Positions 1-9,578 of a DNA stretch of 64,000 nt are shown piece after piece. Source of the stretch: Candidatus Bathyarchaeota archaeon (lineage in GTDB: Archaea; Thermoproteota; Bathyarchaeia; Bathyarchaeales; Bathycorpusculaceae); contig OY970176.1 of NCBI GenBank assembly GCA_963707955.1, positions 1,979,013 to 2,043,012 of the forward strand, in the 5' to 3' direction. The notes under the pieces were generated by a model. The model was not told the origin of the DNA. It did no database searches and saw nothing but the letters and a program-made list of their open reading frames with translations. Position 1 is the stretch's first letter. Each line of letters opens with the position of its first letter. A program made the position numbers and the translations under genes.

Positions 1-894
1 CCTCAGAACCTTGCCGCCATACGGCTCCACCATTTTTTCAACACACATCGAAGCCTCAACGTTTGTTACGACGATTCCACCGTTCTTCTCCTTTGTAACG
101 TACGCGGCATAAGCGGCCAGTGCACGGTCAAAGTCTGCCAGATTTCCCTCTTCGTCTATGAAAGCCACTCGGTCACCGTCGCCGTCGTAAGCCACGCCTA
201 AATCTGCGCCCAGCTCCACGACAGTCCTAGCGAAAGGCGCCAAAGACTCCTCGTTTGGTTCAGGGCTTCTGGCTGGAAAAAACCCGTCTGGCTGAGAGTT
301 CAAGGCCGTAACCTTGCAGCCTAAAGATGCTAGAACTGTCGGGGCCAAGCTGAATGTTGCTCCGCAGCCCGAATCCACTATCAGATGCCGTTTCTTGCGA
401 AGTTTCACGGCATTGCGAATCATTTCAACGTACAGGCGCGACTGGTCTTCGGATTGAGTGTCGCCGATGTCTCGCCAATCTGTCAGATTGAACCTCTTAT
501 CCTCGATGATTTTTTCGATCGCGTTCTCACTCTGCTCACCGTAGGCCATGCTATCACTGTGGAAGATCTTTATGCCATTGTACTGAGGTGGGTTGTGTGA
601 AGCCGTAATCATCACGCCCGCGCCTGCGTCCATTCTGCGAGTTAGAAAAGCCAACACTGGAGTCGGCAGGATTCCCATGTCTTTGACGTTGGCTCCCCCT
701 GACAGAAGGCCAGAAACCAAGGCGTTTGCAAGCATTGCGCCTGAGCTTCTTGTGTCCCGAGCAACAAGCACCTTGCTTGCCTTGGAAAACGCTGCAATAG
801 CCATACCTATCTGGGCTGCCAGGACCGGTGTGAGGTCAACGTTGACCAGGCCACGCACCCCCGAGCTGCCGAACAATCTTGGCAAGCTTTCCAC
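1..894 (-). CDS. phosphohexomutase (phosphoglucosamine/phosphomannomutase family); 3' end runs off the window
   Basis: My minus-strand translation gives LFGSSGVRGLVN near the N-terminus. It also gives the phosphoserine loop GVMITASHNPPQYNGIK (codons from 618 downward). There is no ATG; the start is probably GTG 894 or TTG 885/876. Stop codon at 918-916 upstream. Confidence 0.85.
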   Translation of the reverse strand, partial: MESLPRLFGSSGVRGLVNVDLTPVLAAQIGMAIAAFSKASKVLVARDTRSSGAMLANALVSGLLSGGANVKDMGILPTPVLAFLTRRMDAGAGVMITASHNPPQYNGIKIFHSDSMAYGEQSENAIEKIIEDKRFNLTDWRDIGDTQSEDQSRLYVEMIRNAVKLRKKRHLIVDSGCGATFSLAPTVLASLGCKVTALNSQPDGFFPARSPEPNEESLAPFARTVVELGADLGVAYDGDGDRVAFIDEEGNLADFDRALAAYAAYVTKEKNGGIVVTNVEASMCVEKMVEPYGGKVLR

Positions 895-1005
895 GTCACC
901 TGAAGTATCGAACTGTCACATTGATGAAAAGGACCTGCTCCTTTAAAAGTTAGGCGACATTTCAACATCGGCGCTCGTAGCTGGTCTGCCCGTTTTCGGT
1001 CGTTG

Positions 1006-1815
1006 TTAGCCGAGAATGAGGCGTATGCACACCCAGACGATGTCACCCGCAAACAAGGCAACGATCAGACCTGCCGTGACGAATATGAGCATGGGGAGGC
1101 CCGGGGTAGCCCAAACTTTATCTCTCATGCGGCCGGCTTCGATGGCTTTATCCAATCTTTCAACCATCTCGTTTCTACCTTCGTCTTTCGGCAGGATGAC
1201 CAGTTTTCTCTTGAAGCTTCCTTCTGCGTTTTCCTCGACGTCCTCCATGGGATACACGTGCCACTTCTCCTTCAACTTGCTGATGGAAACTTTGTACCCT
1301 GTTATTAACACCAGGATCTTCTTTCCAAGAGATTCGTTCTTGTGGTCTCCTTCAAACAGGGGTTGTCGAGTTCTGAAGCGTGAAGACACGTTGTAGAGCA
1401 GGATTGCTATTGCCGTAAGCGCTGCGAACAGTACCGAGTTGGTGAAAACGGTTATTGGGAAAAAGGTTGTTGAGATCGGTGAAGGCTGACCTGTTAACGG
1501 TGTCAACAGCTTCTCAGGATAGAAAGGCAAGGCAAGTGCCAAGCACATGAGCGCTTTTGCGTCTGCCCCTCCGAAGCCGCCTGAGTAATAGAGCAGTAGC
1601 GCGAAGGCCGCGGTTAAACCGAAGCAAGCACCATACCCGATCAGTTGTGAGGGTTCATAGAGAAAGAGTTCTGTGTATGTGAGTGCGAAAGATAAAGGTG
1701 CGAGCGCCAGCCAAACGTTGTCGCTTACTTCGCGGGATTTGTGGTCACTCCAAGAAGCATAAAGCAGAAAGAGCAAAACTGTCGTTGATCTTGCTAAGTC
1801 AAATATTACTTGCAC
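1006..1815 (-). CDS. archaeal prepilin/preflagellin peptidase (A24 family, FlaK/PibD-like)
   Basis: Polytopic membrane protein. It has the two catalytic Asp motifs DHKSREVSD and GFGGADAKAL. It is the last gene of the pilus-like operon. Confidence 0.85.
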   Translation of the reverse strand: MQVIFDLARSTTVLLFLLYASWSDHKSREVSDNVWLALAPLSFALTYTELFLYEPSQLIGYGACFGLTAAFALLLYYSGGFGGADAKALMCLALALPFYPEKLLTPLTGQPSPISTTFFPITVFTNSVLFAALTAIAILLYNVSSRFRTRQPLFEGDHKNESLGKKILVLITGYKVSISKLKEKWHVYPMEDVEENAEGSFKRKLVILPKDEGRNEMVERLDKAIEAGRMRDKVWATPGLPMLIFVTAGLIVALFAGDIVWVCIRLILG

Positions 1816-1924
1816 AGCGACACCGTTGCAGATCTTCTGTCGTTATTGCTCTAGAACTTAATAAGTTAGCACGTGTTGGCACAAGAAGCGTTGCGAATCG
1901 TTTAGGGCGAAGTTCTCGATTTTC

Positions 1925-2362
1925 CTAAGAGGTTCCTGCTAGCTGTCCAAATGGTCCTAGGATCTGCTCTTGAGCTATGACTTTGAAGTAATACGTTGTG
2001 CCTGACGTCCAGTTATAGTTTACCGTAATTCTCGCTACATGGCCCGCCGCGCACGTTTCCGGAAGAGATGAGCTTGTCAAGTTCTCCAGCGTTGAGGATG
2101 ATGTCCCAACATAAACTTGGATTAAGTGCGCGTCAGAAGTTCCTGTGTTTTCTATGTCAATATCTATCTTGTCATTTGCGGTTCCGTAGAAATTGACGTT
2201 TGCCTGCTTCAAGAAGACGCCTGCTTGGGTTGCAGTGCTGTTCACGTAGGTCATGACCCAAGCGTACGTCACGACGATTGCCGCCACCGCTATGACTACT
2301 AACAGCAGAGTGGCAAGTATCGGTGAAATTGCTCTTCGCGACTTCACGATTTTTTCTGTCAA
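1925..2362 (-). CDS. type IV pilin-like protein (class III signal peptide), candidate major pilin
   Basis: N-terminus KSRRA/ISPILATLLLVVIAVAAIVV has the archaeal pilin signal pattern. TTG start at 2362 is preceded by GGGTGA; GTG 2347 is an alternative. It has its own TATA-like TTAAATAA at 2410-2403 (minus). Confidence 0.75.
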   Translation of the reverse strand: MTEKIVKSRRAISPILATLLLVVIAVAAIVVTYAWVMTYVNSTATQAGVFLKQANVNFYGTANDKIDIDIENTGTSDAHLIQVYVGTSSSTLENLTSSSLPETCAAGHVARITVNYNWTSGTTYYFKVIAQEQILGPFGQLAGTS

Positions 2363-2503
2363 ACATGTTCACCCTTGTCTGCATAGCAAATCTCGCGATT
2401 CATTATTTAACTCGTATGAACTCGAAATCCACATTCGAAACAACTGCGAAGCACACGACATGAACTCGAAATCCATCCTCAGCACGGTGGAACAACCGTG
2501 CCA

Positions 2504-5131
2504 TCATAGCTGAATGTTCACTCCCGTCACTGCAACTGTCGGCGGGTACTCCACGAGAATCCACAAGCCTGTTTGATCGGTACTGTTGTAGATTGAAGTT
2601 GCAGTTGTGTTGAATGTGGCGACGGCACCGTACCAAATCATATCCTGCATGCGGGAATCTAAGGTCGTGTTGAAAGTCAGTTGGGACTTTGCTACTGGCG
2701 TTAATTGAATTGTACCGGTCGAATTTGTGTTCAGCCCTCCAGTCTTTATGCCTGTGATAGTGTCAAAGATGTAGAGATACTGGTTGGCATTGTCGGTGAA
2801 CATTATTCCAGCTCCTGTCGTTCCTGAAATGATCTGGCTCCAATGATGAGCCCACGTTGAGACTGAGTAATTGTAGAACAGATCGGTGGCGTTCGAAACG
2901 ATCGGCAAGCCGTTAGCCGTTCCGTTTTCGGTCTGCACCTGACCCGTCAACGAAGTCAACTGCACTGGGCACAAGTTGTTAATCGTTCTGTTCTGCTGCG
3001 ACTGAACGAAGAACAAGCTCAGCTGATACGTATAGTACGTCGCATTAGCTGGCAGGGTTAACACAATATCAGAATAAACGTCTGAGCAATTAGGGTTGGT
3101 TACACCACCATTTTGCCATTCAGCTTCCTGATGGACGATGTCTCTTACAACGCCACTCGTGATTACATATGAGGGACCCGCCCCATAATAGCCTGGGTTG
3201 CCGTTAATTTGCATGAAATTGGCCGTAGATGACGAGTTTCCAACAGTGAAGGTCACAGGTTCAAAGTTGCCTTGAAACCGGAGCGTTGCAAGGCGGTTCG
3301 AGATTATTCCAGAACCAGGCGAGTCGTTAAAGTACCGGTTCGTGTATGCAAGGGGTGTCTGCGTGGCTGTGTCGCTTCCGTTCCACCACATTGTGACTTT
3401 TGAAGTATTCGACGTCGCGAGGAAGACGAGCATTGTTCTACCGCTGAAAAGGCTCATGTTACTCGTCAAGCCCTGTGGAACTTGATATCCCGAGGACCAG
3501 TCTTCTATTTGGAACGGAACCTCGCCGTTCACGCCGTTTATGGTCTCGTTAACGTGGATCGATTTCACTGGCACTGGAGGAACGGGCAACGTTGAATTAG
3601 AATTTGTTAGGACTAAGTTTTGTCCAAGCCACCGCATCGTGCCGTCCTGCAGTAGCTCTACAGTGATCGTTCCTTGTTTTGACAACGAGTACAGGTCTAC
3701 GTTGGTTGAAACAAACAGTACGTTAGTTGCGCTTGTTTGATTGCTTAAGGCCAAGGTTGTGTCATCTATTCTGAGGTGAACGTTTACGCCTGACATGGCG
3801 GTTGATACGTCAACGTAGTAGTCTATTTCCAAGTAGTCAGTTTGGTCCACGACGGTGTAGTTAACCCAAGAGTAAGTTCCAGACAATGTTGTTGGAGCTG
3901 ACGTGAAATTAGCGGAAGGGGCTACGTTTGTCGCTATCGCTGTTCTGATCGTGCCGTCTGATCTTAGAATTGAAATGTTGATGTCCCCGTGAACAGACGG
4001 CGGTTGCACTGTAGGCTTCAGCGTCACGATGGAAACTGCCCAGTCAGCGCTCCCGGACAGGTTCCAAGACATCGTTAGACTGCCCGTTACAGGTCCCATC
4101 TCGCTGCCATGGTCTCTGTTGTTCGAGTTGGGGCTCTGAAAGGTCGTAGCGTTGTCCCATCTCATCGTCTGACCAGTTCCTTCGGAAACCACACTCGGTG
4201 CTTGATTGCCAGGGTATCTTACAGCCACGTTTCCTACCAGAAAGCTGTTAGACGTGCTGACGGTTATGCTTGCGGAAGGTGAGCTTGACGATCCACTTCC
4301 TCCAGATGAATCTCCAGATACCGGCGGCGTTTGGGAAACACCTGAGTAGGTTACCGAACCGCCGGTTGCCTTTGTATTTGCGGAGAGGTTCACAGTGACC
4401 GTGCTTGTTCCTGTACTAGGTGCAATCAGATACCAAATTTCGCTACGAATGTTTTGGCCTTGATCGGTATCTGCTCTTAGAAATGTCAGACTTTGACTGC
4501 CATACGAAATGCTTGTAACCTTCTCGCTCCCACTTGACAACTTGATTGAGACTCCAACTATCATTGTCCTGTTTGAGCCTGAACCAGTTGTGTGCTTCCA
4601 CGTAATTGTCGTTGCGCCATTTCCATTGTTTCCAGAGCTTGAGCTGTCAAAGGTTATGGTGTTTGCACTGCTACTAAACCATGCCCTGTAATTCAATGTC
4701 CAAGCGCTTGTCGGGATTGAAGAAACACCTGTCAGAGGATAAACAAACTTGCCCATCAGTTGTCTTCCTATGCTTCCTGCGCTGGCGTTGAGCGTTAATC
4801 CAGAAGCGTCAGCACTGCTGTTTTTCAACAGATAATAGGTTGAATTGCCAACTGTCGCAGTCTCCTGATGTGCATAGAGTGTCAGAGCGGAAACGCCAGA
4901 CGTGGAGTTCCAAGTCAACGCGACATTGTAACTGTTGAACGAAGCAGCGACAGTAATGATTCCTCTTTGGTCTTCCACCTGAACAACGTAGGAGTAAGGG
5001 TTAATTCCAGATGGTAAGTTAACGTAATATGTGCCATTTGCGTAGGCCGTAGGTTCTGTGGTTGGGTTCGCGAGACTGCCAAGTTGAGCTGGTGTTGTTG
5101 TATTGGTAGAAATCGAAGTTCTGTTGTCCAA
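2504..5131 (-). CDS. giant Asn/Ser/Thr-rich (N-x-S/T sequon-rich) extracellular protein; probably the 3' part of the gene starting at 5648
   Basis: 875-aa ORF with a TTG start and no signal peptide or hydrophobic N-terminus of its own. It overlaps the upstream pilin-like ORF by 113 nt in another frame. Confidence 0.6.
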   Translation of the reverse strand: MDNRTSISTNTTTPAQLGSLANPTTEPTAYANGTYYVNLPSGINPYSYVVQVEDQRGIITVAASFNSYNVALTWNSTSGVSALTLYAHQETATVGNSTYYLLKNSSADASGLTLNASAGSIGRQLMGKFVYPLTGVSSIPTSAWTLNYRAWFSSSANTITFDSSSSGNNGNGATTITWKHTTGSGSNRTMIVGVSIKLSSGSEKVTSISYGSQSLTFLRADTDQGQNIRSEIWYLIAPSTGTSTVTVNLSANTKATGGSVTYSGVSQTPPVSGDSSGGSGSSSSPSASITVSTSNSFLVGNVAVRYPGNQAPSVVSEGTGQTMRWDNATTFQSPNSNNRDHGSEMGPVTGSLTMSWNLSGSADWAVSIVTLKPTVQPPSVHGDINISILRSDGTIRTAIATNVAPSANFTSAPTTLSGTYSWVNYTVVDQTDYLEIDYYVDVSTAMSGVNVHLRIDDTTLALSNQTSATNVLFVSTNVDLYSLSKQGTITVELLQDGTMRWLGQNLVLTNSNSTLPVPPVPVKSIHVNETINGVNGEVPFQIEDWSSGYQVPQGLTSNMSLFSGRTMLVFLATSNTSKVTMWWNGSDTATQTPLAYTNRYFNDSPGSGIISNRLATLRFQGNFEPVTFTVGNSSSTANFMQINGNPGYYGAGPSYVITSGVVRDIVHQEAEWQNGGVTNPNCSDVYSDIVLTLPANATYYTYQLSLFFVQSQQNRTINNLCPVQLTSLTGQVQTENGTANGLPIVSNATDLFYNYSVSTWAHHWSQIISGTTGAGIMFTDNANQYLYIFDTITGIKTGGLNTNSTGTIQLTPVAKSQLTFNTTLDSRMQDMIWYGAVATFNTTATSIYNSTDQTGLWILVEYPPTVAVTGVNIQL

Positions 5132-5648
5132 GGGTTACGAGGGGTTGACTTTGGTCTTGGGTTATGCTCAGGCATGCTTGGCCGGTAGTTGTGTTGATGA
5201 TCTGGACGGTTAGTTCGCACGAAGCCTGGTAGCTAACGCCTAGTATGCCAAGCCCTGGCAAGTCATAGTTCACAGTCAAGCTTCCGCTGCTGTAGCTGGT
5301 GCTTGAGAACCAGTATGCATGAAGTGCAGAGCTGTTTAAGTTGATTGAAGTTCCCCATTCAGGATGCATATTTGCTATGTTCTGAAGTCCGGATTGAAGG
5401 TAGCTTGTTGCTACAGCTTGCGCGTATGACACGTTTCCAGTGACTTGTAGAACGGAACCGTAGTAGCCTAACGTGAAACCCAGAATTTGTTTGATTGCAA
5501 GATTCGTCTCGTCTATAGCGTTTAGAATCGGTGCCTGATTTTGGACTGGACTGCTGCGAATTGTCGAGTAGGTCGCTATAACGGTTGTGATGAGGATTAC
5601 CGCTACAAGCAACGCCGCGATTATTGAGAACTGGCCATTGTTGTTCAT
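5019..5648 (-). CDS. pilin-like N-terminal module (class III-type signal/TM)
   Basis: ATG 5648 is preceded by GGAGGAG. The N-terminus is MNNNGQFSIIAALLVAVILITTVIATY. The last ~18 residues (SREPNHRTYGLRKWHILR) look out of frame. Confidence 0.6.
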   Translation of the reverse strand: MNNNGQFSIIAALLVAVILITTVIATYSTIRSSPVQNQAPILNAIDETNLAIKQILGFTLGYYGSVLQVTGNVSYAQAVATSYLQSGLQNIANMHPEWGTSINLNSSALHAYWFSSTSYSSGSLTVNYDLPGLGILGVSYQASCELTVQIINTTTGQACLSITQDQSQPLVTLGQQNFDFYQYNNTSSTWQSREPNHRTYGLRKWHILR

Positions 5649-5649
5649 G

Positions 5650-6984
5650 CTAAACTCCTCCGGCCTCTCCAAGTTGTAGGACCACGAGTCTTGAGGTTCC
5701 GCTGGCACCGTACTGAGAAGGAAAGAGTGTAGGCTTATAATCGCTCAGGAGTCCAAGCGCCGTAAGCCTGATGTCAGGGGTTCTAGCTAACCCCAATGAC
5801 ATGAAACTGCCCGTGACGTTGCCCGAGATAATGTGCCTGTATACGGCGCCAGCGCTCCAGTTTCCCCATGGATTAAGTATGTAGGTAGTGACCGTTAACT
5901 GGTACGTGCCTAGTATCGATAAGTCCATAGCCCTGGTGGATGTTTGCTGGGAAGATGGATAAATCCCATAGTAGTTGGAATAGTATTGTGCGACGTTTGA
6001 TAAACTAACGACCGTGGCAGTTTCGTTAGTATCGCTGTTGGCATAAGTATAGCTCTTGTTGCTTAACCCTTCAAGAAAAGACCCGAGACCATTACTGCCA
6101 ACCATGACCATCCCATAGATTCCCCAATTGTTCTGGCTGGTTCCTATTACAGTGGTGGTGTTAGTGTTAGTTACGTAATAAAATGGCCATCCTACTATAC
6201 TTGCCCAGGTCCAATTATACTGATGTACTCTTTGCCCCAGAGTGTAGTCGTAGAGAGCATACGATTTGTTGGATGGATCGTATCCAACATTGCTACTCAT
6301 GTAATATCCGGCTGGTATCGGTACTGCTTCTCCATTTGTGTTTATCACGACAGCGTTAGTGACATTTTCGTACAGTGAGTTGGATATCTTGGTCCCATTT
6401 AATAGCTGTCCGAGCTGCGTGGTGTTCTGTACCATTACTGTTGCCTTGAAATACGGCGAGAGCAGGTTGTACAAATCTCCAGCCAACGTCTGCGCTGTGT
6501 ATCCTGTGATCCACCATCCGTTGGAGTCGCTGCAATTCAGTATGTAGAGGGTTCCCCCTGCTCCGTTTGCTCCGATTTTCTCGGGGGTTGAAAGGAAGGT
6601 TGCATTCGAGGATGCAACCAGGTAAGTGGCAACGTCGGAGCTTATGCCTAAGCTCTGGGCGTTCGAAAGGGAATTAACTACGCTATACAACTGCGTTCCT
6701 CCGGTTGACGCGTCGTAGACCGTCAGATTGTAGACAATGTGTGCGGGGAGACTAGCGGAGAGGGCTGTCTGAAGCTGGTTCCATGATGGATCATTTGGAT
6801 CGGTGAAGACTGTTTGGCTGAGGGAATGGTCAGAGTCCAGCATTTCGAGCGTCGTTAACGCTAATCTTCGAAGATTCACAGGGGAAACTTGTTGTGGTTG
6901 AGGAAGGAAAGCGAAGAACGAAGCTATTATTGAGGCTCCAGTGATGATGATTATTACGAGCAAAACCTCTATGGTTCGCATCAT
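5650..6984 (-). CDS. pilus-associated extracellular protein with N-terminal hydrophobic pilin-like segment
   Basis: N-terminus MMRTIEVLLVIIIITGASIIASFF. Sequon-rich body. Separated by only 1-2 nt from both neighbours. Confidence 0.65.
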   Translation of the reverse strand: MMRTIEVLLVIIIITGASIIASFFAFLPQPQQVSPVNLRRLALTTLEMLDSDHSLSQTVFTDPNDPSWNQLQTALSASLPAHIVYNLTVYDASTGGTQLYSVVNSLSNAQSLGISSDVATYLVASSNATFLSTPEKIGANGAGGTLYILNCSDSNGWWITGYTAQTLAGDLYNLLSPYFKATVMVQNTTQLGQLLNGTKISNSLYENVTNAVVINTNGEAVPIPAGYYMSSNVGYDPSNKSYALYDYTLGQRVHQYNWTWASIVGWPFYYVTNTNTTTVIGTSQNNWGIYGMVMVGSNGLGSFLEGLSNKSYTYANSDTNETATVVSLSNVAQYYSNYYGIYPSSQQTSTRAMDLSILGTYQLTVTTYILNPWGNWSAGAVYRHIISGNVTGSFMSLGLARTPDIRLTALGLLSDYKPTLFPSQYGASGTSRLVVLQLGEAGGV

Positions 6985-6985
6985 T

Positions 6986-8198
6986 TTAGCTCACGACCTG
7001 ATAGCCTTGCAGACTCCATAATGCGAGTTTTGCTTGATATGAAACGCCAGCGATTGTGACTAAGCGTGTGTCTGTGGTAACCCAGTCTCTTGAAAGCGGG
7101 CTAGCTCCGAAGACCACTGGAAAAGCCAATGAGCTTACTCCCCATGGCATCAACACGATGCCGGAATTTGCTTCGTCTTTCTCGTACGCAATCGCTAGAA
7201 TGCCAGTGTTATTCGTTGGGATTGCGACATTGCTGTAAGCGCCAGAACTGATGCTTCCTGTGACATTGGACAGTGGCATTTCACGTAAAGTGAAGTCTTG
7301 GGCTAGAACAACAAAAATCGCGTTGTATCCTAACGTATCGTTACTTCCACCGTACACGTCACCACTGTTTGCAAGAAGCAAACTTTCGTTGCCAAAATCG
7401 CCGATAAACGGTACCGGATAACTGTTGCTGTAAGTGACGTGTTCGTAGTCTCCAGTCTCCGACTAGGCCGCTTGAGCGGGCATAAGCGACGATGGCGTAC
7501 GACGTGCTCCCATCGAGACCTGGAAAACTCAGAGAAACCTGACCTTGGCTATTCGTCACACCTGTGCCGCTCGTGATCCCGTAGTCTGGGTATGGGGCTT
7601 GACCTGTGACGTTGACGAGGCAGTAGCTGACGTTTGCGTTAGCCAGCGGGTAACCATTTCCATTCACTGTCACGGTTAGGCTGAATGGATTCGTCGTGGC
7701 CGGACTCAGGCTAACTGTCACTATCGGTGTCAGGGTGAGGCTAAACCCGTAGGTTCCGTTTATTCCAAGCAATTGTGCCGCGGTTGAGTAGTTGATGACT
7801 TCGTTGAAAGGCGCTAATAACGATTTTTCAAACCCCATATTGGCGTTGCTGTAATACATTTTGGTCATGGGATAATATGTCGGGTTTCCTAACGAATTGC
7901 TCAGTCGCATGAGAGAAAATGGGCTGAGTTCGTACTGCGTGAATTCTGGGTCTTGGAGGCCGAAAGTCGTTGGGGTGCTATCGGTTCTTCCCCAGAACGT
8001 CGTGGTTGCCGAGTCAAGCGGACTGCCAGGGTTGAGAAGCATGCTGTCAAGCAGGTCACTGCATTTAGTTGCGAGATATCTGTGGCTCTGGTACAGAATT
8101 GCAGTTTGTATGGTCTGGTTGAAAAGACCTATGAAAAGAAGTAACGCTGCCAGTAACACTATGAGGGCAACAATGTGATCAATAGTTGCGCCGGCCAT
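6986..8198 (-). pseudogene. pilin-like protein gene split by a 7-bp tandem duplication (ORFs 7359..8237 and 6986..7381)
   Basis: ATG 8198 is preceded by GGAGG. The N-terminus is MAGATIDHIVALIVLLAALLLFIGLF. GGAGACT GGAGACT (minus strand, 7460-7447) shifts the frame. Removing one copy joins ...SSGLVGD to YEHVTYSNSYPVPFIGDFGNESLLLANSG... in frame. Confidence 0.75.
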
Positions 8199-8205
8199 CT
8201 TTTCC

Positions 8206-8682
8206 CTACCCTCCGAACCATAGCGATATCGTTCCATTCGAAAACTTTTGGGCGCTGACGCATGCGTTTGTAGAATTACTCATAAAGATGGATTGCTTCC
8301 AAAGAACGTTGGATCCTAAGATGACCGTGGTGGTCACGGAGTTTGAGGTTCCGACTAGTTTCACTGTTAATTGCAAGAAGGACGGATTTGAAGGGTTTGT
8401 GCTCGACGACAGAATCGCATTTCCCGTGTAATAAGAACTCTCAATGAACTGTGGAAGTCCTGGGGAATAGGTTATTGTTCCTGCAGGTATCGAGTCGTGA
8501 TTCAGGGAGAAATACAGTTGCTGCACTGCGCTTCCTAGTTGACCTGCAACATCTTGGACAGCAAGTGTTCTTCGCGAATCTACCCAAGTGTTCATGAGCG
8601 AATTTGCAAAAATGGGAAAAAGGAAGATCTGAAGTATCAACACCGGCATCATAATGATGTACTCGATTGTCACGTGTGGCAT
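8206..8682 (-). CDS. small pilus-associated protein with N-terminal hydrophobic segment
   Basis: ATG 8682 is preceded by GGAGG. The N-terminus is MPHVTIEYIIMMPVLILQIFLFPIF. Confidence 0.6.
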   Translation of the reverse strand: MPHVTIEYIIMMPVLILQIFLFPIFANSLMNTWVDSRRTLAVQDVAGQLGSAVQQLYFSLNHDSIPAGTITYSPGLPQFIESSYYTGNAILSSSTNPSNPSFLQLTVKLVGTSNSVTTTVILGSNVLWKQSIFMSNSTNACVSAQKFSNGTISLWFGG

Positions 8683-8701
8683 TCATATTCCTCCAAAGTG
8701 G

Positions 8702-9578
8702 TTAAGCATACTCTCCTATAGCAACGGTCACATTTCCAGTGTAGAATTCCAATGAAGAGCCTGCTGGGACGTGTAAGTCTGCCTGAGAACTGTTGAAATC
8801 GAAAAAGGTTGAGTCGAACCCCCCCGAAACTTGGGGAGGTTTGTGGAAAGGCAACGGTTATGTTGATCTCTTTGACATTCTGTACTGTTTGAACATTGAA
8901 TGCCGTTGCCATAAGTGTAACGGATTGTGAAATGTGCAGGTTATTTCCTGATGGTTGAAGGATGGGCAAATAAAAGTTATAGTAGCCCGTATTTGCCACC
9001 GTCGAATTCAGCATCCTTATCGAAGGTGCAACGACTACTCTTACGTAACTACCATCCTTCATTGGAACTCTTTCGATCACGAATACGTGACTCACTGGTG
9101 CGGTGGTGCCCTGTACTAGGAAGGAACTGTTTGATGTGGGAGATATGAGTTCCATGTAGTTGTTGGCAATGTTGTAACTGCCCGTGGGCATGTTGAAAAA
9201 GAGGGCGCCTGTGGTGAAGCTGACATTCGGCGTGTTTGCACCGTTTACGTAAAGAGCGTAGGTCAAATTCGCGGTCCCAAAGGTGATTTGACCAAACTGG
9301 CTTGCATAACGCATTGTTTGCGTGCGTCCAACAGTCCATGCTACGTCGTCTATTTGCTGGCCGACTGTCTGCATAAACTGTTCCATCGCGCTAAACTCGT
9401 TTTCTGCTATCCGCGCGTTCATGTAGTTGTTTGCGAAAATAACAGTGACTAGGAGTAGCACCACTATGGTGCTCGTGATTATTACGGTGGAAATGGCTGG
9501 GGTAACCGCCTTTTTGTCGTTTCTGAGTCGATGTATCATGTTACTCTTCGCTCTTTCCTTGATCTTTTTTCCTATCAA
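8702..9578 (-). pseudogene. type IV pilin-like protein with a frameshift in a C7/G7 homopolymer
   Basis: Class III signal KKA/VTPAISTVIITSTIVVLLLV (start TTG 9578 or ATG 9539). After the G7 run (plus-strand C7 at 8819-8825) the listed ORF turns Arg/Cys-rich and overlaps the next gene. With 6 G it reads ...SFGGFDSTFFDFNSSQADLHVPAGSSLEFYTGNVTVAIGEYA and stops at 8704-8702, 19 nt before the next start. Confidence 0.7.

Noticed and set aside
385-946. Plus-strand ORFs 385..600 and 593..946
   Set aside because: They lie antisense to a clear phosphohexomutase reading frame (GVMITASHNPPQYNG on the minus strand). Their sequences are low-complexity with no motifs.
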